Source: a virus (lineage: Duplodnaviria > Caudoviricetes). Taken from it: a stretch of 24,292 nt of DNA. Shown here in pieces: positions 9,448 through 17,608 of the stretch (positions are counted from its first letter, which is position 1; each line of letters starts with the position of its first letter). The DNA lies in the IMG/VR virus record IMGVR_UViG_3300037440_000377, positions 1 to 24,292 of that record, one strand, 5' to 3'. A program made the position numbers and the translations under genes. The notes beneath the pieces are model-generated. The model made no database searches and was not told the origin of the DNA. It was given only the letters and a program-made list of their open reading frames with translations.

Positions 9448-9647
9448 GCGACAAAATCGCCAAACTGGAAGCCCAACTCGCCCTCGTCAAGGCGGAGCAG
9501 GCTTTCACGGAAAAGAAGAAGGACGGGTCTGTCACCCTGGAGGACAAACTGGCTCTCCGGGAACTCCGGCAGGACTACCGGGAGAACCACCGTTCCCCCA
9601 CCAAGGACGGAGCCCAACCCGCCGCAGTGAAAGCAAAGGTCAAGTAA
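9444..9647 (+). CDS. Small coiled-coil hypothetical protein (67 aa)
   Basis: AAAGGAG RBS; helical heptad pattern; abuts next ATG. Confidence 0.8.
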   Translation: MSDKIAKLEAQLALVKAEQAFTEKKKDGSVTLEDKLALRELRQDYRENHRSPTKDGAQPAAVKAKVK

Positions 9648-10100
9648 ATGGCTATTACCGGTTCGGGACTGTATTTCCTCACGTTCGAAAAGATCATGAT
9701 CGACACGCTGGGCGAATCGATCGAGGCCGAGGACAACGACCTTGCCCTCGTCGCTGATGCGTACACCCCGGCGTACGACACCCACGACTTCGCCGCTGAC
9801 CTGACGAACGAGGCCACGGGCGGGAACTACGCCCGTGAAGCGATCACCACCACGGAGCTGACCGTTTCGTCCGGGGTCGCAACCCTGGACGCTGCGGATA
9901 CCGTGTTCGACAATGGCGGGTCTAACGACGTGACCATCACTGACGCGATGGGCGCTGTCGAAATCATCAACAAAACCACAGACGCCGACTCCCCGGTGTT
10001 TGGACTGTGGGATTTCGTCACCGCCGCGTCGTGTTCCAACAGCACGTTCACGGTGCAGTGGAACGCTTCAGGGCGGGTCACGATCGACCTCGTACCGTAG
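9648..10100 (+). CDS. Putative virion structural protein (fibre/spike base)
   Basis: 150 aa acidic beta-rich; ALV...YTP..DTHDF..DLTNE..GGNY, TLDAAD and TFTVQWNASG resemble a widespread phage structural family that precedes fibre genes. Confidence 0.7.
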   Translation: MAITGSGLYFLTFEKIMIDTLGESIEAEDNDLALVADAYTPAYDTHDFAADLTNEATGGNYAREAITTTELTVSSGVATLDAADTVFDNGGSNDVTITDAMGAVEIINKTTDADSPVFGLWDFVTAASCSNSTFTVQWNASGRVTIDLVP

Positions 10101-10119
10101 CCGCTAAGAGGGGCGGCTG

Positions 10120-12465
10120 ATGGCCCAAGGGCAGCTCGTATCCGGCCAACTTGACACGGATTCGGGCGAGGACTCCTGCACCCCGACCCTCCCGTCCGGT
10201 GCTACCGCCGGCAACCTGATAGTTGTTGTCGCTCGCGCGTCGGCGGCGGGTGGGATAGCGTTCAACACGCCCACCGATTTCACGGCAGGACCGACCGAAG
10301 GGGCGACCCGTGGCGGTATCGCCATGTTCGCGAAAATCGCGGTCGGCGGAGAAACGGCTATTTCGGTTTCGGCCACCGCAACTGCTTCGGTTGGGGCGAT
10401 AGTCGCCGAATACGAAGGGCCGTTCAACGGAACAACCCCTTGGGACGCGTCGCAGACAGGCACGTCAGGTAACTCCTCCGTCTCTTCGCTGTCCACAGGT
10501 ACAACCGCAACCTTGTCTCAGGCCGACGAACTTGTCGTGACCTGCGCTGGGCAGGCGGTTTCGCTCAACACCACGGATTCGTGGACGAACTCGGTAGTCG
10601 AAGAAACCGGCGGCGACCTCGCTTTTGACCTGACAACCGACGGCCACATTTCGGTGGCGTCGAAGATTGTGGCTGCTACAACAGCGGTTGAGTCCGCAGC
10701 CGGGTTTTCGGGTAACGCAAGAGCCAAAGCCGCCATTTGGACGTTCGAGCTTGGTGCTGGAGGCACCCCCGGTTCGACAACTCCCGCTGCTACCGCCGCA
10801 ACGCTGACCATCTCCGCGGCCAGTGTTGTGGGCGGAGGTTCCGTTTCTCCCGCCGCTATTGCTGCCAGTTTGGCGATCCCGGCGGTGGACGCCAACCCTG
10901 CAGGGAACCCCGGAGGGTTACCCGACGCCGCGGTGATAGCTTTCTACGACGCTCGCGATCTGGCCGGTTCCCCAACTGACCCGGTGTCGAGTTGGGCGGA
11001 TTCGGGGCCGAACTCCGAATCGGCGCTGGTACAGGCGACCGGAACCCAACAGCCGACAATCACCGACTCCGGGTTCGGTGGCGTGCGCAGCGTTCTTTTT
11101 GACGGTTCCAACGATGAACTGAACGTCACGTTGGGCGCCTCGTACACAGGCGACTTCGCCTTCATTCTCGCCGTTGAACTGCTCACCTACCCGACGGGCA
11201 CCGCTGCGGTCGTCTACTCGACAGGGTCGGTGCCGAACAAGAACATTCTCGGTGTCGACGACGTCGAAGACCCGCCCGGCTGGGTGGTGATGTCGGGTGA
11301 CGGCACCCAACCCGAACACCACCACGGCACCAACGACCAAACCTACCTCGAAGCCACTCCTTCCAGGTTTGTGATGACCCAACTTGTCGAGAACGCCAAC
11401 CGGCTCAGGTTATGGGAGAACTCGGTTCTGGTAATCGACGAAGCTCCTGCGTCGGCGGGCGACCTGAACAACATGGGTGCGTTGAAAGTCGGAGCAAGGG
11501 AAGATGCGACCCGGTACGCGAACTGCCGTGTCGGTGCTGTTCTCCTGGTGGACATGGCCCAAACCGACCTGACCACCCTGCTCGCCGCTCGAGATGACTT
11601 GCTGTCCATCTTCGGAGTTTCGGGAACCTCTGGGTCTGTCCAACCCGCAGCCACTTCCGCAGTTCTCACAATCCCGGCTTCGTCCTCCGCCGGCGGAGGG
11701 GTCGTGACCCCTGGAGTGGTGGCTCAGACTGTCGTGATCCCTCAGGTGACACCCGCCGAAACGGGAGCTGTCTCCCCCGCGGCGGTCGTGTCCCCGGTAG
11801 GGGTCGGCCAGGTGTCAACTGTTGGCGGAGCTACGGTCACCCCGGCGGTGTCGGGGTTGACACTCACTGTTCCTACTGCCTCCCCCGCGGGGGGTGGAGT
11901 GGTCGAACCAACTCAGATAGGGTTGGCGTTCACCATCCCCGCTGCCACCGTCGCAGGCGCAGCGGTATCAACCCCCGCACAAATCGGGTTGGCGTTCACC
12001 CTTCCTACCCCGTCCGCGGTGACAGGAGGGGCAGGATCAGCCTCCCCCGCCCAGATCGTCACCGCAGCAGTGTTGGACGCGGTGACCGCCCAAGGCGAGG
12101 GAACAGTAAACGTGGCCGGTGTGACAGCCGTCCTCACCGTCCCCGCCGTTTCCGCATCGGGCGGAGGAGTCGCAACCCCCGCCCAAGTTGCGGCAGGGTT
12201 GACCCTCCCCCAAGCGGTGGCAGTCGGCTCGGGGGTTGTCTCCCCCACCGACACCACAGTTTCGTTGCTCATCCCCGGTGTGACAGTCGCCGGTTCCGCC
12301 GGCCCCACACCCGGAACTGTGGAACTGGTTGTGACGGTCCCTGGAGTGTCACTGTCGAACACGGACGGCGGCGGGTCCTCCCAAGAAGGGGAACTGTCGT
12401 TGACCTTCCAAGAAGGCGGTTTGAAAGTGTCCGTTCAAAGCGGAGGATTGAAGGTGTCCCAATGA
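10120..12465 (+). CDS. Large head/neck fibre-like protein: N-terminal beta domain, LamG/ConA-like domain, 22-aa repeat stalk
   Basis: FYDARDL..VSSWADSG...QATGTQQPT...VLFDGSND is LamG-like; 13 copies of a ~22-aa V-x-P...L-T-I/V-P...GG repeat; very Ala/Thr/Ser/Val/Gly rich. Confidence 0.75.
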   Translation: MAQGQLVSGQLDTDSGEDSCTPTLPSGATAGNLIVVVARASAAGGIAFNTPTDFTAGPTEGATRGGIAMFAKIAVGGETAISVSATATASVGAIVAEYEGPFNGTTPWDASQTGTSGNSSVSSLSTGTTATLSQADELVVTCAGQAVSLNTTDSWTNSVVEETGGDLAFDLTTDGHISVASKIVAATTAVESAAGFSGNARAKAAIWTFELGAGGTPGSTTPAATAATLTISAASVVGGGSVSPAAIAASLAIPAVDANPAGNPGGLPDAAVIAFYDARDLAGSPTDPVSSWADSGPNSESALVQATGTQQPTITDSGFGGVRSVLFDGSNDELNVTLGASYTGDFAFILAVELLTYPTGTAAVVYSTGSVPNKNILGVDDVEDPPGWVVMSGDGTQPEHHHGTNDQTYLEATPSRFVMTQLVENANRLRLWENSVLVIDEAPASAGDLNNMGALKVGAREDATRYANCRVGAVLLVDMAQTDLTTLLAARDDLLSIFGVSGTSGSVQPAATSAVLTIPASSSAGGGVVTPGVVAQTVVIPQVTPAETGAVSPAAVVSPVGVGQVSTVGGATVTPAVSGLTLTVPTASPAGGGVVEPTQIGLAFTIPAATVAGAAVSTPAQIGLAFTLPTPSAVTGGAGSASPAQIVTAAVLDAVTAQGEGTVNVAGVTAVLTVPAVSASGGGVATPAQVAAGLTLPQAVAVGSGVVSPTDTTVSLLIPGVTVAGSAGPTPGTVELVVTVPGVSLSNTDGGGSSQEGELSLTFQEGGLKVSVQSGGLKVSQ
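11632..12363 (+). repeat. Eleven tandem ~22-aa (66-nt) degenerate coding repeats
   Basis: e.g. GVVEPTQIGLAFTIPAATVAGA / AVSTPAQIGLAFTLPTPSAVTGGA / GVATPAQVAAGLTLPQAVAVGS; 244 aa = 11x22+2. Confidence 0.85.
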
Positions 12466-13391
12466 ACCAAGTGCTCGCCAACGCGGGAAGCGTGACCCTC
12501 ACCCAAACGTGGTACCAGTCCGGCACCCCCACCGATGTCGGTGACGTGACCATCGGCATCGTCGACGGGAACGGGGCCGTGGTGGTCGCTGCGGGTACCG
12601 CAACGTCGAATGATACCGGCGGGGTTTACACGTATACCCTCGCCGACCAGGCCAACCCGAAGCTGCTTGTCGCCACATGGACGGACACCACGAGCGGTGA
12701 CACAAGGGTGGACCGGTTGGAAGTGTTGGGTAACTGGTTGTTCACCGAGAACCAGGCGAGAACGTTCGCTGCGAAAGCCGACGCCACAACAGCGCTGAAA
12801 CCTCTTGCATCCTCCACCGAATACCCCGACGACACCATATCTGACGAACGGTCCCGGTTGACCGACGACTTCGAAAGCTGGACGGGTCGTAGCTGGGTGC
12901 CCCGCTACGCAAGAGTTGAGCTGTCGGGCAACGGCGGTTCGGTGTTGAGCTTGCGTGACGGGTTCGCCAGAACCTCCGACGGCTACCAACTGCACCGCCC
13001 CGGAAGGCTCAACGACATCGCCGTACTGCTCACCGTGACCGTTGGCGGCACCGCGGTGGACGTGGCCGACATAGAAATTGACGAGACGGCAGGGAGGGTT
13101 ATTCACACGACATCAGTGTGGACAGCAGCCACTATCACCACCCCATTCAACGTCATTGTCGAATACGTGTACGGCCTCCCCTACATCGTCGACGGGGTCG
13201 ACCGCATCGCACTCAAGGTTCTGGTCGACCGGCTGGTCCCGTCCGCATGGCCTGACAAGGCGCTGTCCGCGGACACCGAATACGGGACAACACGGTTCAT
13301 CCAACCGGGCGGGCCGATGTCCAACCGGACCAGTATCGCCGAAGTGAACGACTGGATCACCACCCACAACATGAAGGTGCTGGTCGGGTGA
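12462..13391 (+). CDS. Head-to-tail adaptor with N-terminal beta-sandwich extension
   Basis: YPDD.I, FESWTGRSWVPR, NVIVEYVYG...VDRIAL, AEVNDWI are connector-like; first ~85 aa are beta-rich (GVYTYTL, LVATW). Confidence 0.75.
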   Translation: MNQVLANAGSVTLTQTWYQSGTPTDVGDVTIGIVDGNGAVVVAAGTATSNDTGGVYTYTLADQANPKLLVATWTDTTSGDTRVDRLEVLGNWLFTENQARTFAAKADATTALKPLASSTEYPDDTISDERSRLTDDFESWTGRSWVPRYARVELSGNGGSVLSLRDGFARTSDGYQLHRPGRLNDIAVLLTVTVGGTAVDVADIEIDETAGRVIHTTSVWTAATITTPFNVIVEYVYGLPYIVDGVDRIALKVLVDRLVPSAWPDKALSADTEYGTTRFIQPGGPMSNRTSIAEVNDWITTHNMKVLVG

Positions 13392-13837
13392 GCTCCAAAT
13401 TCCAAGATCTTCGTGCTGCGCTCAAAACGGCGGTGGTCGCCCAACTCGCCGCGGACACGGTGACGGATGTGGACGTGTTCGAATATGCGCCGATGGGCAA
13501 CGTCACCAGGGAAGACCAAATCTGGTTTGGGCGTATTCAGGTGGAGCAAGAGAACCTGACAATGGGCGGGACTGGCCGACAGGTCGGTGAAGTAATCACG
13601 GTTGATGTTTCCGTTCGTGCTCCTCGATCCGGTTCCGATCAGCAGGACATGGCCGCCGCGGAACAACGCGCTGAAACCATGTGGGGGTCGGTCGAAACAG
13701 CGGTCCGGTCCAACGCCACCCTGCTCGCTTCGATCATGGACGTACAGATCGACTCGTTCGAATCCATCCCCGACTACGACGCGGACGGGGCTATCGGAAC
13801 TATCGAGGCGTCCATTGTCGGCCAGTCCAACATCTAG
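13388..13837 (+). CDS. Putative tail terminator / tail completion protein
   Basis: 149 aa acidic alpha/beta protein between adaptor and tail tube; VETAVRSNATL pattern. Confidence 0.65.
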   Translation: MSSKFQDLRAALKTAVVAQLAADTVTDVDVFEYAPMGNVTREDQIWFGRIQVEQENLTMGGTGRQVGEVITVDVSVRAPRSGSDQQDMAAAEQRAETMWGSVETAVRSNATLLASIMDVQIDSFESIPDYDADGAIGTIEASIVGQSNI

Positions 13838-13845
13838 GAGAACAG

Positions 13846-14013
13846 ATGCCCCCTAACAAACCGGTCAAGTACAAGGCTGTCGTCAAACTGAGCTATGAGG
13901 ACGGGTCGGTTGTCCAACCCGGCAAATACCTCACAGCGAAACAAGCCGCCCGGCTCGAGGACGAAGACGCCTGGTTGTTGGAGCAGGGACTAGTCGTGAA
14001 GGACGGTGAATGA
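13846..14013 (+). CDS. Small hypothetical protein (55 aa) before tail tube
   Basis: AGGAG RBS + ATG 13846; MPPNKPVKYKAVVKLSY...WLLEQGLV; couples to next gene. Confidence 0.75.
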   Translation: MPPNKPVKYKAVVKLSYEDGSVVQPGKYLTAKQAARLEDEDAWLLEQGLVVKDGE

Positions 14014-14726
14014 TGGCTGCCGTTCATGGCAAGGGCACAGGCGTTCTTTTCGACGAGTTTGATCTGTCAGCGTTTTTCAACCAGTCCAACGCCTCCCGGC
14101 AGATTCAAGCGGTGAACACGACCACGTTCGGCAAGGACGACAAAGTGTATTTGGCTGGTGTCGAGTCGGGGTCGCTGTCCGTTCAAGGAATCTACGATGG
14201 GGCCGCCGGCGCTGTCGACGTGGTCCTCGACGCTTCCATCGGAACGGAGGCGATCGTCACCGTCTGCCCGCAGGGTTTAACCACTCTCGGCAACAAGGCG
14301 TTGATGATGAAAGCCGAACACGCCTCCTACCAGATACGTTCCACCGCCAACGACGCCGTAAGGATCGTGGCCGGGGGCACCGCGGACGGCGGTGTGAGAA
14401 CCGCAGGGGAAGTGGTCCAACCACTCGAAGCTGAAACGGGGGTGTTCAACGGAACGTCTGTGAACAGTGGAGCGTCGTCCGCTTTCGGAGGGGTCGGCCA
14501 TCTGCACGTCACCGCGTTTTCGGGGACTTCGGGAACGGTGGAGATTGAGCATTCAGCCAACGACTCAACGTGGGCGAACCTGATCGTGTTCTCCGCTGTG
14601 ACCGCCGTCGGGGCGCAGAGGTCGATCGTGACAGGCACTGTTGATCAGTATCTTCGTTTCGTTATTTCAGCCGACACGTTCACTTCCATGACCGTGTTCG
14701 CCTCGTTCGCTCGTAACCGCCGGTAA
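14013..14726 (+). CDS. Tail tube-like protein A (long paralog with ~105-aa C-terminal extra domain)
   Basis: MAAVHGK...TTTFG.DDK.YLAG.ESGS; aligns ungapped with next gene; alternative start ATG 14010. Confidence 0.75.
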   Translation: MAAVHGKGTGVLFDEFDLSAFFNQSNASRQIQAVNTTTFGKDDKVYLAGVESGSLSVQGIYDGAAGAVDVVLDASIGTEAIVTVCPQGLTTLGNKALMMKAEHASYQIRSTANDAVRIVAGGTADGGVRTAGEVVQPLEAETGVFNGTSVNSGASSAFGGVGHLHVTAFSGTSGTVEIEHSANDSTWANLIVFSAVTAVGAQRSIVTGTVDQYLRFVISADTFTSMTVFASFARNRR

Positions 14727-14746
14727 CCAACCCGGCCCCATTCGTG

Positions 14747-14771
14747 AAGCCTCCCAACCGGGAGGCTTTTT
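14747..14771 (+). terminator. Intrinsic terminator between the two tail-tube paralogs
   Basis: aagcctccc-aacc-gggaggctt followed by a T run. Confidence 0.8.
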
Positions 14772-14786
14772 CTATAAGGAGAAAAC

Positions 14787-15179
14787 ATGGCCTTCGTTCA
14801 TGGTAAGGATTCGTATATCAGTGTCGATGCAACCGACATTTCGTCGTACACCGACGGGGTGACGCATGACCGTTCGGTTGACACCGCCGAAACTTCAGCC
14901 TTCGGCGACGACGACAAGACGTTCATCGCCGGGTTGGAGGACGGTTCGTTCAGTTTGAATGGTCATTGGGACGCGGCTTTGGCTACCGCAGCGGACGGCG
15001 CTTTCGACGGTGCTGTCGTAGCCATCATCTACGGTCCGGCGGGGTCTGGGTCCGGGCTGACCAGGTACACCTGCAACGCCCTGATAACCAACTATTCGGA
15101 GACGTCGAGCGTGAGCGACCGGGTCAACTGGTCTGTGAGCTTGCAGCGGACCGGAGCGTTGACCAAGGACACCTTCTGA
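14787..15179 (+). CDS. Tail tube (major tail) protein B
   Basis: Strong AAGGAG RBS; MAFVHGK, AETSAFGD..KTFIAGL.DGS, YGPAG, ITNYSE..SV.D...WS.SLQ.TG typical of siphoviral tail tubes. Confidence 0.85.
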   Translation: MAFVHGKDSYISVDATDISSYTDGVTHDRSVDTAETSAFGDDDKTFIAGLEDGSFSLNGHWDAALATAADGAFDGAVVAIIYGPAGSGSGLTRYTCNALITNYSETSSVSDRVNWSVSLQRTGALTKDTF

Positions 15180-15628
15180 GTCAGATCGTGGTCAAGGGTC
15201 TCGACGACTTCCGCCGGGACCTCGCCAAAGTCGATAAACGCCTACCCAAAGCCCTCCAGGCCGCGCACAAGAAGGTGGCTCAACGGGTCGCGGAGAAAGC
15301 GAAACCTGCCGTCGCCGGTCTTCCCTCCCCCGGAGGGAGTAGGGCAATGTCGGGGATACGAGGCAACGCCACACAGAAAGCGGCACGTATCACCCTGCTC
15401 GGGTCGAACCCGACGATTAGAGCGTCCGTGTTCGGGACGCTCTCCCACAAAGTGTGGGGCCGGAACGTTTCCGGGAAGGGTCCGTGGCAACCCTGGCTTG
15501 GCAACACGTGGCAACCCGAACAGCTCTACGGCATCGGTTCTGTGATAAGGGACACGGCTGACAACTTCGCACTTGAGGAGTACGCCGACGCGATCATGGA
15601 AGCTTTATCTGTGGCGTTCCCCGACTGA
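15176..15628 (+). CDS. HK97 gp10-like neck/tail-completion protein
   Basis: Basic protein beginning SQIVVKGLDDFRRDL; start uncertain (CTG 15176 overlapping the upstream TGA, or GTG 15188). Confidence 0.7.
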   Translation: MSQIVVKGLDDFRRDLAKVDKRLPKALQAAHKKVAQRVAEKAKPAVAGLPSPGGSRAMSGIRGNATQKAARITLLGSNPTIRASVFGTLSHKVWGRNVSGKGPWQPWLGNTWQPEQLYGIGSVIRDTADNFALEEYADAIMEALSVAFPD

Positions 15629-15936
15629 TGGAAGCTCAGACAGTCGGTTCGCCTGCCCCACCCGAATCTCCACCCGAAACCAAGACGGGTACGGCGGACT
15701 CTGAACGGCATTGGATAAAAGCCTACGCCAGAGTCGCGTTAGATGACCTGAAGTTGACCGACGCCGAAGGAGAGGTGGATGACGCGTCGTGGTGGGATGA
15801 AACGATGCCTCCAATCCTCCTCTACTACCAGCAGATCACCGTCGACGGGTACTGGCAGTTGACGGTGAAGGAACACCGGTTGATGTTCGAATGGCTCGTG
15901 AAGTCAGGAGTCGTGGCGAATGGCGACAAGCCGTAA
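15628..15936 (+). CDS. Putative tail assembly chaperone
   Basis: 102 aa directly before tape measure; YWQLTVKEH resembles the C-terminal part of tail chaperones. Confidence 0.55.
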   Translation: MEAQTVGSPAPPESPPETKTGTADSERHWIKAYARVALDDLKLTDAEGEVDDASWWDETMPPILLYYQQITVDGYWQLTVKEHRLMFEWLVKSGVVANGDKP

Positions 15937-17608
15937 GAGAAACATCGAAATCGAGTGGCTTATTGACGACAAGCAGGCCACGAAATCCTTGAAGAAGATC
16001 GAGGGGCAGGTCACTAAGACCGGCGAGTCGTTCACGAGGATGGCGAAAGGGCTTGCCGCTGGGATCGGGCTGCGCGAGGTCGGCCAATTGGCGATGGATT
16101 CGATCCGGGCATTCTCCGACCTGAACGAATCGTTGAACGCTGTCGACGTGACGTTCGGCGGAGCAGCTCAGGGTATCAAAGAACTCGGTGAGGACGCGGC
16201 GAAGTCGTTGGGGTTGAGCAACGCCGAATTCAACTCTCTGGCCGTGGGATTTTCGGCGTTCGCTGAAACCATCGCCACCGAATCGGGGTCGACGATCGTC
16301 CCAGTGATGGACGACCTGACCACCCGTATCGCCGACTTCGCTTCGGTGATGAACCTCGACGTGAACGAAGCGGCGATTGTTTTCCGCTCCGGGCTCGCTG
16401 GCGAAACCGAACCGCTCCGCAAGTTCGGGATAGACGTGTCCGCCGCCGCGGTCAACCAAAAGGCTCTCGCTTTGGGGTTGGCGGATTCCTCGTCTGAGTT
16501 GACGGAGCAGGACAAGATCCTGAGTCGTTACCACCTGATAATGGACCAGACGAACAAGACAGCCGGTGACTTCGAGAACACTTCCGACGAGTTGGCGAAC
16601 CAGCAGAGAATCCTCACCGCCGAAACAGAGAATCTGAAAGCCGCGTTGGGGGAGAGTTTGGCTCCGACGATGAATCAGGTGGTCGGGTTGAGTAACGACT
16701 TCCTCACCGTCTTGAACGAGGTCACGCAGAGTACGGGCGATTCCGCTCCGGTGGCTTTGGAAGCGCTCAAATCCGGGTTCGAAACCGTGTTCAACACGTT
16801 GACTTTTCACGCTATCCCCGCGGTGTCGTCGTGGGCTGACAGCATCCGTGAGACTGGCGAAGCGCAGGACGAGTTGGACCAGGCGAAATGGGATGCGTTG
16901 TTCCCGACCGACGCCCAAATAGCGAATGCGGGTAGGGCCGACGAGAAGTTCTTCGACCTGGCCGAAACGCTCGGTCTTCTGGCTGAGAATTCGGGTGACG
17001 CAGCCACCGCACAGCAGGAGCTAAACGACATCCTTCGTGAAGGGGTCGATCCGGCGTTCAAGCTGTTGAGGGCCGTCGAGAAATACGACGACGCTCAGGA
17101 CGCCTACACGACGGCCATCTCAAAGTTCAGTGATGGGTCGGTTCAGGCCCAGGAAGCCGCCCGGAACCTGGCCGACGCTCAACTAGACCTGGACGCGGCA
17201 GGGTCGGATTTCGCTGCAGGCGGCGGAAGTAAATCCGTCGAAATCCTCCAAGAACTCCTCGAGAACGCCGGGGTCCTCCCCGAAACCATCCAGGCGATCA
17301 TCGAGGCGATCAAAGAGTACAACGACACGCCCATCACCCGCAAAGAAGTGTTCGTTCCCGGTGTGGGCAACGTTACCCCCGGGACGGGCGGGACGATAGG
17401 CGGGGGTGGGTCGACCATCGGGTTCGCTTCCGGCGGTGTTGTCCCCGGTCCCCGCGGTGCGCCGATGCTCGCCACGGTCCACGGCGGGGAGGAAGTGTTA
17501 ACCCCCGAACAGCGGGGCTCTAGCGGCTCGACGCTTATCACTTTGAACGCTCTCACAATGTCCGACCGAATGTTGAAAGAGACCCTGGAAATGGCCCGCC
17601 GGAAATGA
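15920..17608 (+). CDS. Tail tape measure protein (short, 562 aa)
   Basis: Ala-rich helical; DLNES.N...VTFG, ADFAS, SGL.GE.EPLRKFG, GDF.NTSD.LANQQRIL; C-terminal FASGGVVPG...VHGGE.VL; AGGAG RBS. Confidence 0.92.
   Translation: MATSRKRNIEIEWLIDDKQATKSLKKIEGQVTKTGESFTRMAKGLAAGIGLREVGQLAMDSIRAFSDLNESLNAVDVTFGGAAQGIKELGEDAAKSLGLSNAEFNSLAVGFSAFAETIATESGSTIVPVMDDLTTRIADFASVMNLDVNEAAIVFRSGLAGETEPLRKFGIDVSAAAVNQKALALGLADSSSELTEQDKILSRYHLIMDQTNKTAGDFENTSDELANQQRILTAETENLKAALGESLAPTMNQVVGLSNDFLTVLNEVTQSTGDSAPVALEALKSGFETVFNTLTFHAIPAVSSWADSIRETGEAQDELDQAKWDALFPTDAQIANAGRADEKFFDLAETLGLLAENSGDAATAQQELNDILREGVDPAFKLLRAVEKYDDAQDAYTTAISKFSDGSVQAQEAARNLADAQLDLDAAGSDFAAGGGSKSVEILQELLENAGVLPETIQAIIEAIKEYNDTPITRKEVFVPGVGNVTPGTGGTIGGGGSTIGFASGGVVPGPRGAPMLATVHGGEEVLTPEQRGSSGSTLITLNALTMSDRMLKETLEMARRK

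Noticed and set aside
15170-15180. Programmed -1 frameshift fusing tail tube B to the next ORF
   Set aside because: ACC TTC TGA offers no good re-pairing slippery site; a CTG start is simpler.
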